A DNA stretch of 64,000 nucleotides from positions 44,518 to 108,517 of the IMG/VR virus record IMGVR_UViG_3300013383_000020. One strand, 5' to 3'. Under the pieces are notes generated by a model. The model saw only the letters and a program-made list of their open reading frames with translations. It made no database searches and was not told the origin of the DNA. The DNA comes from a virus (Duplodnaviria; Caudoviricetes). Positions 29,090 to 38,764 of the stretch are shown in pieces. Both the position numbers and the translations under genes were made by a program. Within the stretch, counting starts at the first letter, position 1; the number at the start of each line of letters is the position of its first letter.

Positions 29090-30025
29090 ATGAACACAAT
29101 TAAGTTTAGCAAAAGAGAGAATAAAACTACGGAGCAGCATAATTTGCAAATTACAAATATTGTAGATTCTAATATATTTGGTTCTCATCTAAAAATGTAC
29201 ACACCTTGTAATTTAAATATTTTTGTCACAGAGTCGTGTCAAAATAAATGTTTTTTCTGTATCAATGATAAGACGAATAAAAATATACACATGCGTCCCT
29301 TATCAGATGAAGAATATATTATTGGGCTTAAAAAATTATTGAACGAACTTAATTGTGAGAATTTTGAAACAACCATTACTGGTGGAGAACCTACTTTAGA
29401 CATTCATAGGTTTGTAGAAACTATGCGAATTTGTCATGAACATAATTTAAAGTGCAGGACAGTAAGCACAACAGGATTAAATCTCATGAGTTTGTATGAT
29501 GGGAAACCACTGTGCCAGCATATGATTGAAAACAATTTTGTACATAACATCAACATAAGTAGAATGCATTATGATGAATCAAAAAATAACGAAATCTCTG
29601 GTGGAAGAAATATAACAGATAAGGATATCGAAAGATTGGCATTATTCTTCAAATTAAATAATGCCGAAATGAGAGTAAGTTGTAATCTGATAAAAGGTTA
29701 TATTGATAATCCTGATGACATTTTAAAATTTATAAAACATTATATGAATCTTGGTGTTGAAACGGTTATGTTCAGAGAATTAGAAATGTGTGAGAATGTT
29801 AGATTAAATAATATTGTAGAAAGTATACTTGGATTATTTGAATATATAGAAACTTTACATGGAATGGTTTATGACGTAGACGTATATAGTTACAAAGATT
29901 TAATCGTGAAACATTACAAAACTTTGGAGAATATAAATAAAGAGATAACATATTCACTTTCTTATAAAAATGGTATTGTGAAAGATGGTTTTATAGGAAA
30001 TAAACTAAATGTCAAATTGACATAG
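29090..30025 (+). CDS. radical SAM protein
   Basis: CQNKCFFC, TGGEPT, NISR, FREL. Confidence 0.9.
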   Translation: MNTIKFSKRENKTTEQHNLQITNIVDSNIFGSHLKMYTPCNLNIFVTESCQNKCFFCINDKTNKNIHMRPLSDEEYIIGLKKLLNELNCENFETTITGGEPTLDIHRFVETMRICHEHNLKCRTVSTTGLNLMSLYDGKPLCQHMIENNFVHNINISRMHYDESKNNEISGGRNITDKDIERLALFFKLNNAEMRVSCNLIKGYIDNPDDILKFIKHYMNLGVETVMFRELEMCENVRLNNIVESILGLFEYIETLHGMVYDVDVYSYKDLIVKHYKTLENINKEITYSLSYKNGIVKDGFIGNKLNVKLT

Positions 30026-30034
30026 GAGGTTAAG

Positions 30035-31114
30035 ATGATAAAGGTAGGTTCTGAACGAGAAATCAAATTTGATAAAGAATTAAGAAACAAAAGACATATG
30101 GCTAAAACATGTGGAACAAAAGATTACAATATTAATAATTACGATTTAAAAGAGTTTGAGTTTGCAACTGGCAATAAAAAAGTATATGGGAATGTAAATT
30201 TCAATATTTTCATTGATGATTATTGCAACGCTGACTGTAAATTTTGTGTGGCTCAGTTAAGATATGAACATAAAAATGCTATGTATAACAAAGGTCATAT
30301 AAAAGATGTAGATAAATATTTGAGTAGGCTTGATGAAGTTTTAAGAATCGCAAAAGCTTTAGATACATCGGTTAGTATTACAGGTGGAGAACCAACAATG
30401 AGTCCAATCTTAACAGAAGTATTAAAAATGGTTGATTCATATGGTTTTAGAAAACGAACCATTACAACTAATGGAAGTGGTTTATTTCAAATCCAAGACA
30501 ATGATACGATTCTGAATAATCTCATTAAATACAATTGGGATTATTTGAATATTAGTAGAGCAAGTTATGATGATGAACTTAATCGTAAAATTATGAGATA
30601 TGTATCAGATAAAGAATATTGTACTATGGATATGTTAAATGAAATTCTAAATATTTCTAATAAAACTAATCTAAAACATCGTATCAGTTGTCTCTTACTC
30701 AAAGAGAGTGTAAATTCCGTTGAAGAAATGAAAAAGTATATTGATTTTTATAGTAAACTCGGTGTTAATAATTTCATTTTTAGAGAATTAATGGATTACG
30801 ATAAAAGTGCGGTCAACACAGAAAAAATGAAATACTGCGATGAGAATAAGATTAAGTTATATGATATTTGGAATGATTTTGATAAATATCCTGAGTTTGA
30901 ACCATACTTAAATATTCTTGGATATTACTATTATGTGGAGATTTATAAATATTTAGGAATGACAGTAGCAAGTGAAACAGCAGACTTGAATATCCAGAAT
31001 CGTGAGGTTGCAGCACATGATGATGTTGTTTATGAGATGGTATTTCATAATAATGGTAACTTATGTGCAAGTTGGATTGATAACGAAAGAATTTTAGACA
31101 AGTACATAGACTAG
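30035..31114 (+). CDS. radical SAM protein
   Basis: CNADCKFC, TGGEPT, TTNG, NISR, FREL. Confidence 0.9.
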   Translation: MIKVGSEREIKFDKELRNKRHMAKTCGTKDYNINNYDLKEFEFATGNKKVYGNVNFNIFIDDYCNADCKFCVAQLRYEHKNAMYNKGHIKDVDKYLSRLDEVLRIAKALDTSVSITGGEPTMSPILTEVLKMVDSYGFRKRTITTNGSGLFQIQDNDTILNNLIKYNWDYLNISRASYDDELNRKIMRYVSDKEYCTMDMLNEILNISNKTNLKHRISCLLLKESVNSVEEMKKYIDFYSKLGVNNFIFRELMDYDKSAVNTEKMKYCDENKIKLYDIWNDFDKYPEFEPYLNILGYYYYVEIYKYLGMTVASETADLNIQNREVAAHDDVVYEMVFHNNGNLCASWIDNERILDKYID

Positions 31115-31135
31115 AAAAGATTCGTTTCTTGTGAA
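31108..31135. repeat. dif-like dyad site (agaaaa-gattcg-tttctt)
   Basis: One mismatch, overlaps stop codon. Confidence 0.75.
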
Positions 31136-31160
31136 AATTTGAAAGGAGATAAAAAGAATA

Positions 31161-31490
31161 ATGAAAGCGTTTGACAAAATTTTTGATGCAATTAACAGTC
31201 TTAATAGCAATATTACACATTTAATTGATTGTTATAAAAGAGAACATGATGATGTGATTAGAACCTATAACCACTATAGGGATATTATTCAGGAACAGGA
31301 TAGAATTATTCAGTCATTGTTGAAATCACAAACAAACAACAAAGATATGGAGTGTATGGTATTTGTTCCATATAGAGGCAAGCCAGTCGTGATTAAAAAT
31401 GGTGAGGTGGTCAGTACAGATAGCATGACTTCATTTGATGTTGATTGGTCTTATGATAGACGAATTGATGTGACCGTGAGAGGAGAATAA
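31161..31490 (+). CDS. hypothetical protein
   Basis: ORF with RBS. Confidence 0.7.
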   Translation: MKAFDKIFDAINSLNSNITHLIDCYKREHDDVIRTYNHYRDIIQEQDRIIQSLLKSQTNNKDMECMVFVPYRGKPVVIKNGEVVSTDSMTSFDVDWSYDRRIDVTVRGE

Positions 31491-31494
31491 ATAT

Positions 31495-31677
31495 ATGACG
31501 GTCAAGGAGTTAAAAGAATTATTAGAAAACTTACCAGAAGATATACTTGTCTGCTGCAATGGCATAGGTGGCAAATACCTTATAACAAACAATGGTATTG
31601 TTAGTGTTGATTCAGAAGATGAAGACTTCTTTGTAAGTGATGATGTTCTTGTGTTGTATACGGAAGGACAGCAATAA
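31495..31677 (+). CDS. hypothetical protein
   Basis: MTVKELKELLENLP phage-type ORF. Confidence 0.7.
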   Translation: MTVKELKELLENLPEDILVCCNGIGGKYLITNNGIVSVDSEDEDFFVSDDVLVLYTEGQQ

Positions 31678-31695
31678 ATATCGGTTTCCTTGGGA
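31668..31695. repeat. dif-like dyad site (aataaa-tatcgg-tttcct)
   Basis: One mismatch, overlaps stop codon. Confidence 0.7.
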
Positions 31696-31707
31696 GGTGA
31701 AAATAAT

Positions 31708-31944
31708 ATGATAACACCACCAGTAATACAAAGCTTAACAAACGAAAACACAATGTTGGCAAGTGCTTCTATAGAAGATTTAGAAGAGTATAAGAAAAAT
31801 GCTTGTAAAATTCTTAGAAGTCAAACGCAGTGTGCTACTGCAAAAATCGTAGAAGAATTGATTGATCAGGAAATTATGAATAGGAAGATTATTGAAGAGT
31901 GGAATAAATTGTATGAGCAATTTCCTGAATACGTAGGAGTGTGA
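31708..31944 (+). CDS. hypothetical protein
   Basis: ggaggt RBS. Confidence 0.7.
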   Translation: MITPPVIQSLTNENTMLASASIEDLEEYKKNACKILRSQTQCATAKIVEELIDQEIMNRKIIEEWNKLYEQFPEYVGV

Positions 31945-31947
31945 ATT

Positions 31948-32136
31948 ATGGCGGTAAAACATGTTAAAACGATAGATGCAATTGAGATAGAGGAAATTCT
32001 TACAAAATATCTTCATGTTTTTGATTGTGCATTAAAAATCATAGATACCAAAGATGGACAATCTGTTGTAGCAGAGGTTTATGAACGAGTAGAGAATAGT
32101 CTACCAGGAGGTGATACCAATAGAATTAGAGAATAA
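31948..32136 (+). CDS. hypothetical protein
   Basis: ORF. Confidence 0.6.
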   Translation: MAVKHVKTIDAIEIEEILTKYLHVFDCALKIIDTKDGQSVVAEVYERVENSLPGGDTNRIRE

Positions 32137-32545
32137 TCCAAAACAGATTGAAGAAAATCTTAAAACTGTACTCACATTAGAATATATGGGAATTCATATT
32201 GAAGACACAAAAGAACAAGGGTTTAAACAGTTGTATTATTTCTCAGTACCAGAAAAAACAACACTAAAAGTTGAATCTGCAAAAGAACAGGCTGAGACGG
32301 CAGAAGACTTAATTGATGTTGCAAAAGCTGTTTTAACAGAAATGATTCTTGATTCGTGTAAATCTGAATTTAATGATGGAGAGGAAGACGAAGAATTTTA
32401 CAAAGATGTAGAGAATAATATTTCAGACTACGCTTTATTCTTTGCAAAAGTCAGAAAAGGGGAAGTGTGGAATAAGGAAATGGGTAAAGCTGCTGTTAAT
32501 AAGGCGGTTGAGCAGTTTAAAAATCCATCATACAAGCAGGTTTAG
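32111..32545 (+). CDS. hypothetical protein
   Basis: ORF. Confidence 0.7.
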   Translation: MIPIELENNPKQIEENLKTVLTLEYMGIHIEDTKEQGFKQLYYFSVPEKTTLKVESAKEQAETAEDLIDVAKAVLTEMILDSCKSEFNDGEEDEEFYKDVENNISDYALFFAKVRKGEVWNKEMGKAAVNKAVEQFKNPSYKQV

Positions 32546-32736
32546 AAGGAGAATAACTATATGGACATTAAATATATAGGTGGAGCATATCAAATTGTAA
32601 TATCAGACTTGCAGTATACAATTGGTTGCGACAATGTAATGAAATGTAAACAGAGATTTTTAGATATGATGTCAAAAGAATTTGATAAAGTCGTGAATGA
32701 AAAACTTGGCGATTATGGTTTCTATAAGGAGAATAA

Positions 32737-33102
32737 ATGAGTTGTAAATATCCAGTAGATAGTAGAAGTTATAAATTTTGTATAGGATGTAGCGATGTAG
32801 ATTGTTGCGAAGATGCAGTTACTTCTAACATACCTATGCCAGAAGTTCAGTCACCAAAGAATGTTATTCCGTCTGCATCAGAAGCAAATAAGATGACAAA
32901 TCATGTGATTTTTGGTGATCAATTAGAAGATATAGGTGAGGAAATTAGAAAAACTATTAAAGAAGGTAAATTTTTTATTAGCAACATTGGTTATCTTGAA
33001 TCTGAAACACGAAAGAAGTTGAATGAGCTTGGTTATAAGGTTGAGACTGGAAGCAAGTACAATGAATCGTATTATATTATCAGTTGGGAAGAAACAGAGT
33101 AA
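32737..33102 (+). CDS. hypothetical protein
   Basis: ORF with RBS. Confidence 0.7.
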   Translation: MSCKYPVDSRSYKFCIGCSDVDCCEDAVTSNIPMPEVQSPKNVIPSASEANKMTNHVIFGDQLEDIGEEIRKTIKEGKFFISNIGYLESETRKKLNELGYKVETGSKYNESYYIISWEETE

Positions 33103-33132
33103 ATTTCTTTTGGAGAATAAACATAAGGAGGA

Positions 33133-34038
33133 TTGATACATACGAATTTAGTACAAGCATTAGAAAAACAGATTAAATTCTGTGAAGCAAATGAAAATTA
33201 TAAATGTGGTGTATTTGTAAGGACACAAGCTCAACGAGAGATTGCAACAAAATGTATTTCCAATCTATTATCATCTTCTGTACAAGTTCAACATAGGGCT
33301 AGTAATCACGAGACAAGATTTTGGTGGAAAAATGGAAGCATTATTACAGTTCTTCAGGTTAATGACTATATACGAGGTCATAAATTTAATGGTGCAATAA
33401 TTGAAAATGAGATTGATAGAGATGTTGTTATTACTTTAATTATGCCATTTTTAATGGCAAGGATTGATTCTACAGGTCATAGAATGGAAGAATTTGGCAG
33501 TGTAACAAGTAGGGTATTTACGGTAGATATTAATAATAATGATGTTATTGAAAGTCAAAATCATCCAATTTATATTTCAACCGAATGGCAGAGAAATTTA
33601 ATAAATAATTTAGTACCTTGGCAAAGAAACATGTTAAGCAGAGGACTAAGAAATTCAAATATATTTATTGATGATTTATGTGAAGAAAGTTTTAAGAAGG
33701 AGTATATGTGTATGTTTAATAATCACACAGCAGCTTATAGAGTTGCACAGGTAGGAACAGATAAGATTTATATTTACAATGCGACTGGTATTCCAAAAGA
33801 GAATATTAAATATGAGACAGAGTTCGTCAATAGAAATAAGGAAACTTATCTGAATATTAATGGCGAATATAAAAATGAGGATATTGGATTTGAGAATGAA
33901 ATTGATGTTCATTTACTTATTGATACTGATGTCTATGACAAATATGAAGTTGAGTTCCATGATGGTCTTGTTCTTGTAGTCTTACATGAAATTATCAATA
34001 AGAAGCCTGTTTTAGAGGACGTTTCAAAGAATAATTAA
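33133..34038 (+). CDS. hypothetical protein
   Basis: 301-aa ORF. Confidence 0.75.
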   Translation: MIHTNLVQALEKQIKFCEANENYKCGVFVRTQAQREIATKCISNLLSSSVQVQHRASNHETRFWWKNGSIITVLQVNDYIRGHKFNGAIIENEIDRDVVITLIMPFLMARIDSTGHRMEEFGSVTSRVFTVDINNNDVIESQNHPIYISTEWQRNLINNLVPWQRNMLSRGLRNSNIFIDDLCEESFKKEYMCMFNNHTAAYRVAQVGTDKIYIYNATGIPKENIKYETEFVNRNKETYLNINGEYKNEDIGFENEIDVHLLIDTDVYDKYEVEFHDGLVLVVLHEIINKKPVLEDVSKNN

Positions 34039-34072
34039 AAGGAGAATAATATAATAAAAGAGAGGTACATAT

Positions 34073-34930
34073 ATGCCAGTACATGATGATTTAGGCTGCC
34101 GTATGAAAACATTTTATGAGCAGATTCCAAAGACAAAATTAATGAAAAGGTGTCCAGTTGCTATCCGCATTGATGGAAAAGCGTTCCATACATTCACAAG
34201 AGGATTCCATAAGCCATTTGATAAAGTGCTAATTAAGTCAATGCAGGAAACAATGAAATATTTATGTGAGAATATTCAGGGCTGTGTTCTTGGTTATACA
34301 CAGTCAGATGAGATTACATTGATCCTCGTTGATTATAAGAAACTTACATCTTCAGCATGGTTTGATTATGAAGTACAGAAGCTTTGTAGTATTGCTGCAA
34401 GTATGGCAACAATGGCATTTAATAGAGCTTTTGTAAAAGAAGTTAAAAAATATTCTTTTGAACTTAGTATGGGAATTCATACAGATGAAGAAAGAAGATT
34501 ATTAGATATTTATGATAAAGCAATGGACAAGGGTGCAATGTTCGATGCTCGTTGTTTCAATATTCCAAAGGAAGAAGTAACTAATCTCGTATATTGGAGA
34601 CAATTAGACGCTTCTCGCAATTCAATTCAGATGATTGGTCAAGCCAATTTCTCACACAAGGAATTACAGAATAAGTCATGCAATGACATTCAGGATATGC
34701 TTATGATTCAGAGAGGCATTAACTGGAATGATTTACCGACTTATCAGAAGAGAGGAAGCTGTTGTGTAAGAAATAAGATTGTTATTGAATCTGATGGTGT
34801 TACAGCAACTGCACAGTTAAGAGACACTTCTAAATCAGAAAATGAGTGGATTATTGATACAGAAATTCCTATTTTCAAGGGTGAAGGCAGAGAATATATT
34901 GATAAGCTGGTATTTATCGGTGAAGAATAA
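34073..34930 (+). CDS. tRNA(His) guanylyltransferase Thg1-like protein
   Basis: RIDGKAFHTFT, QSDEI, FDAR, WRQLDASRNS. Confidence 0.92.
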   Translation: MPVHDDLGCRMKTFYEQIPKTKLMKRCPVAIRIDGKAFHTFTRGFHKPFDKVLIKSMQETMKYLCENIQGCVLGYTQSDEITLILVDYKKLTSSAWFDYEVQKLCSIAASMATMAFNRAFVKEVKKYSFELSMGIHTDEERRLLDIYDKAMDKGAMFDARCFNIPKEEVTNLVYWRQLDASRNSIQMIGQANFSHKELQNKSCNDIQDMLMIQRGINWNDLPTYQKRGSCCVRNKIVIESDGVTATAQLRDTSKSENEWIIDTEIPIFKGEGREYIDKLVFIGEE

Positions 34931-34937
34931 ATAATAT

Positions 34938-34981
34938 ACTATATATAGTGATTACAAAATACTATAAGCACTATATATAGT
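34938..34981. promoter_or_regulatory. Tandem NrdR-box-like pair
   Basis: actatatatagt twice, 32 bp apart. Confidence 0.7.
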
Positions 34982-34993
34982 ATGAAAATTAAG

Positions 34994-35021
34994 ACCGAAG
35001 GAAACTGACATTTCTTGGTGC
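34994..35021. repeat. dif-like dyad site (aggaaa-ctgaca-tttctt)
   Basis: Strict consensus. Confidence 0.85.
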
Positions 35022-35043
35022 GATTTTAAAGGAGAATTGTAGA

Positions 35044-35214
35044 ATGAGTGATATTTGTAAAGACAGAGAAGCTTTAAGACCTAAATATGAACAGTTTATT
35101 CAGACTGAGAGAGGTAAAGAGTGGAAACATTTTTGGCAGAGTCAAACAGGTTCAGAGAGAAGTGGAGATTTTGGAGATTATCTTTATGACTTTTATCCAG
35201 AAATGTTGCAGTAA
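35044..35214 (+). CDS. small hypothetical protein
   Basis: aaggag RBS, 56 aa. Confidence 0.6.
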   Translation: MSDICKDREALRPKYEQFIQTERGKEWKHFWQSQTGSERSGDFGDYLYDFYPEMLQ

Positions 35215-35227
35215 GGAGAAAAAATAA

Positions 35228-35476
35228 ATGGCGAAAAAGAAAGGCTTTGGTGTAAGTCCAATAACAAATACAATCTATTATGGAACACAGGATACAGGGA
35301 AACATATGTGGGTTGGACAGAAAACGGATGTTACAGATGAGGTAATAGCTGCTGTATATGAATGGTTTATGGGCAATATGGAAGATTCAGAAGGCAAGAA
35401 GGAGGAATACCAGATTACATATCCTAATACAGAGTTTGAATTAGTGATGAGAAGAAAGAAAACAGAGAATATATAG
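35228..35476 (+). CDS. hypothetical protein
   Basis: ORF with RBS. Confidence 0.75.
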   Translation: MAKKKGFGVSPITNTIYYGTQDTGKHMWVGQKTDVTDEVIAAVYEWFMGNMEDSEGKKEEYQITYPNTEFELVMRRKKTENI

Positions 35477-35815
35477 TTGGAGGTGATAATTATAGAATAC
35501 AATTTTGAAGGAAAAGAAAATGCTATCACGGCAGAACATTTAAGAAATGGTGAAACTTGTAAAGTGGTTGGATTTGGTCAGTCTATGACACCAATACTTA
35601 AATCTGGTCAGCCAGTAATTTGTAAACCTGTAACAGAAGATACAGAGTTAAAGAAGAATGATATTGTACTCTGCAAGGTTAAGGGTAATTATTATTTACA
35701 TAAAATTTCAGCAATTAAAAATGGTGTGAGTTACCAGATTTCAAACAATCATGGTCATGTCAATGGCACTATTACAAGAAGTAATATCTTTGGTATTGTT
35801 GTTGAAATTCTTTAA
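35477..35815 (+). CDS. S24/S26 peptidase-like protein
   Basis: GQSMTP...DIV...LHKI. Confidence 0.7.
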   Translation: MEVIIIEYNFEGKENAITAEHLRNGETCKVVGFGQSMTPILKSGQPVICKPVTEDTELKKNDIVLCKVKGNYYLHKISAIKNGVSYQISNNHGHVNGTITRSNIFGIVVEIL

Positions 35816-35888
35816 GATTCATTCGAGTCACAATTTCCAATAAAAATGAAAATCGAATAGAGAATAAGTAAATGAAAGGAAAAATTAT

Positions 35889-36170
35889 ATGAAATTATTT
35901 AAAACAGTAGACGACAAATTAGCAGAAATTGGATTTATTAATGTTAGAGAAGACAAGTATGGTGTAGTATACGAAAGAAAAGATAACGAACACAATTTTA
36001 CGCAATCTGTAACTATTTTACATAAAGCTTCTGGCAGACACCTTCTACAGTCTTATGATGCTGAACTGACAGATCAGAAAATGATTGGCAATACTTGTGT
36101 TGGACTTACAGGATACGAGATGAAATTATTTCTTAAAAAGATGAAACAGATTGGTCTGTACAGTAAATAG
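35889..36170 (+). CDS. hypothetical protein
   Basis: ORF with RBS. Confidence 0.75.
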   Translation: MKLFKTVDDKLAEIGFINVREDKYGVVYERKDNEHNFTQSVTILHKASGRHLLQSYDAELTDQKMIGNTCVGLTGYEMKLFLKKMKQIGLYSK

Positions 36171-36171
36171 T

Positions 36172-36199
36172 GAGTGAGGAATTCACTGTTTCATGCGAA
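36172..36199. repeat. dif-like dyad site (aggaat-tcactg-tttcat)
   Basis: Strict consensus; left edge of replication module. Confidence 0.85.
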
Positions 36200-36416
36200 A
36201 TTCGTAAATCTAATCTTGAACAATTCGTTCAAAAATCCCTAACAAATAAGAGAATAAATAAATGGTGGAAGAACAGCATACCATTGAGCTTGTGCGCTCA
36301 TAAACCACTGTTGAAGATAGATTTTTACATAAATTTATTTTCTGTGTTCCAGTCGCAAGACTGTTCAAATATAGTTATCAAAAAATTTTACATATTATAA
36401 GGAGGACATTTTTTAA

Positions 36417-37496
36417 ATGGCAGAGACAAAGAAAAAAGGAAGATTATTTGATTTACCTGAGACAAAGGGTGCGTTCCAGTTAAAGGGAGTTGTATCTGGT
36501 ATGGAGAAGGATACAGCATTTAAGGAGATTAAGACCAAGAGTGGCAAGCCTATGAGAATGCTTAATTTTGGTACAAGTTATCTTGATGGTGAGACATTAT
36601 ATGTCAATCTTCAGGGAATGGAACAGGAGAATGTTTATTTCTCTAAGAGAGCTGAGAAGAAAGGCGAAAAGGCAGAAACTGTAAAAGTTCCTTGGGCTGA
36701 CAGATTCTCTTATAATCGTGAAGGCTTCCGTATGATTGGTAAGAACATTGGAGTAAAAAAGAAGGTTGATTCTGAGGGTAAGACAGTTAATGACAAGAAG
36801 ATTCTTACAGACTTTGATGCTTGTAAGGAAGTTAAGGAGAATCTAAAAGATGGTGCAAGCGTATTTATTCGTGGAAACCTTGATTATAGCAGTTTTACAG
36901 ATGACAAGGGCAATAAGAGAACATCCACAAAACTTGTTCCAAATCAGATTTCACTTTGTTCAGAAGTGGATTTCAATGATGAGAAGTTTGAGAAGCAGAA
37001 CGATTTCAACCAGGTAATTATTTTCATGGGCATCGAACAGGAAAAGGATGATAATGACAAACCAACAGGCAGATTCATTGTCCTTGCAAAGATTATTACA
37101 TACAGCAATATTGAGGACGTTCAGTTTATCATTGAGGATAAGGCTCTCGCTAATAAGTTTAAGAAGTCGCTTAATCCTTACAACGCAATTAAGGTAAGTG
37201 GACATATGGTTTCTTCTACTCAGACAGAGACAGTTACAACAGATGATGATGACAATTGGGGCGAAGAGGACAGCATGGAGAAAGTGTCTGCACCTACAAA
37301 GAGAGAATTCATCATTACAGGAGCAAAGGGTTCTTCAATCGACAAGGAGCTTTACACAGAAGAGAATGTGACAGAAGCTATTGCAAAGATTAAGAATGCA
37401 AATAAGGCAGAGGAGAGTTTCGGTTCTGACTCCAATGATGATTGGGGAAGTGCTGATGGTCTTGATGGATCAGACGAGGACGAGGCTTGGGATTAA
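36417..37496 (+). CDS. putative phage single-stranded DNA-binding protein
   Basis: Beta-rich, very acidic C-tail ending EAWD; heads replication operon. Confidence 0.6.
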   Translation: MAETKKKGRLFDLPETKGAFQLKGVVSGMEKDTAFKEIKTKSGKPMRMLNFGTSYLDGETLYVNLQGMEQENVYFSKRAEKKGEKAETVKVPWADRFSYNREGFRMIGKNIGVKKKVDSEGKTVNDKKILTDFDACKEVKENLKDGASVFIRGNLDYSSFTDDKGNKRTSTKLVPNQISLCSEVDFNDEKFEKQNDFNQVIIFMGIEQEKDDNDKPTGRFIVLAKIITYSNIEDVQFIIEDKALANKFKKSLNPYNAIKVSGHMVSSTQTETVTTDDDDNWGEEDSMEKVSAPTKREFIITGAKGSSIDKELYTEENVTEAIAKIKNANKAEESFGSDSNDDWGSADGLDGSDEDEAWD

Positions 37497-37575
37497 TCCT
37501 TTAGCAACTAGAGAATAACTAAGTGGAACGTCAGAAATGGCGTTCCAATAAATCAGATATTAGGAGGAATTAAAT

Positions 37576-38739
37576 TTGAAGACAAGAGCAGCAAACAAAA
37601 TTCAGACAAAATTGGTTACATTATTATACGGTGCAACATTTAGTGGAAAAACAACACTTGGTTTACAGCTTGCAGATTTTAAGAGAAATGATGGAAAGCC
37701 ATTTAGAGTTGCAGTTGTAGATGCAGAGGGTGGCGGCGTAGATGATGCAGTAGATGAGTTAGAAGATAGAGGTATTGATACAAGAAATATTCATATCTTC
37801 TATACACAGAGTCTTCAGGAACTTACTACAATTCTTGATAAAATTAAGAATCACGACACATTCTATGAGTTCGATGAGGATGGAAATGAGACAGATGAAC
37901 CTATTGTAGATGCTGATGGAGAAGAGTTCTTCCCAGATGCAATTCTTATTGATGGTACAACAATTTTCCGTTTAACAAGTGAACAGGGATTATTAGAGTT
38001 ATCTAAAAAGAGAAATACAATCAAGGCAGATAAGGATGGTTTAGTTGGTGCTGAGAGATTTGTAAAGATTCAGGGTGCAGACCTTGAGTTTAAGGATTAT
38101 AAGAAACTGAATTATTCTGGACAGAATCTTGTACTTGATTTAATGGCTATTGGTATTAATGTAGTTCTTACTGCAAGAGAGAAAGATGAAACAGTACAGA
38201 AGATGGACAAGAATGGTCAGCAGGTATCGGTTTCTACAGGAAGAAAGGTACATGATAGTTTCAAAGGACTTGATTATAATGTAAAGACTATTCTTCACAT
38301 GTATCAAGATTCAGAGACAGGTCAGATTTGTGCAGAAGTTGTAAAGGATAGAACTAGAGTACATAAAGCTGGTGATATTCTTGAAGATCCAACTCTTCTC
38401 GATTGGCAGACAGTTATTGATAAGAATGTTGATAAGAAGGAGTTTGTATTAAAGAATGACTTAGATAAGGCTGTGGAAACAGAGCAGGAAATGTATGAGA
38501 AGGAAGCAATGGAACTTCATAAGTCATTAAAGGATGGTTCAACAACTACAAGTGAAACTACTTCAGACGATACAGACATTGAAGCAATCAAGAAAGAGAT
38601 TATTGCCAAGAGAAATGCACTTCCACCTACAGAGAAGAAAGCTATGAAGGAAAAACTTGAAGCAGCAGGACTTCCTACAGCATACAAGAATGTAACTGAT
38701 GTTGAGATTCTTAATAAAGTATTAGCAATGTTTGAGTAA
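37576..38739 (+). CDS. AAA_24/Sak4-like ATPase
   Basis: YGATFSGKTT, VVDAEGG, ILIDG. Confidence 0.75.
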   Translation: MKTRAANKIQTKLVTLLYGATFSGKTTLGLQLADFKRNDGKPFRVAVVDAEGGGVDDAVDELEDRGIDTRNIHIFYTQSLQELTTILDKIKNHDTFYEFDEDGNETDEPIVDADGEEFFPDAILIDGTTIFRLTSEQGLLELSKKRNTIKADKDGLVGAERFVKIQGADLEFKDYKKLNYSGQNLVLDLMAIGINVVLTAREKDETVQKMDKNGQQVSVSTGRKVHDSFKGLDYNVKTILHMYQDSETGQICAEVVKDRTRVHKAGDILEDPTLLDWQTVIDKNVDKKEFVLKNDLDKAVETEQEMYEKEAMELHKSLKDGSTTTSETTSDDTDIEAIKKEIIAKRNALPPTEKKAMKEKLEAAGLPTAYKNVTDVEILNKVLAMFE

Positions 38740-38764
38740 ATTCTAGTTATGTAAAGGTAGGATT

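Noticed and set aside
33087-35827. Half-sites at 33104 (tttctt-ttgga) and 35817 (attcat-tcgag)
   Set aside because: Left arms do not match at 6-bp spacing; not counted
12573-36199. CRISPR array or classical integron attC sites as the explanation of the dyad repeats
   Set aside because: Repeats are separated by whole genes, no cas genes are present, and sites lack RYYYAAC/GTTRRRY ends and long hairpins
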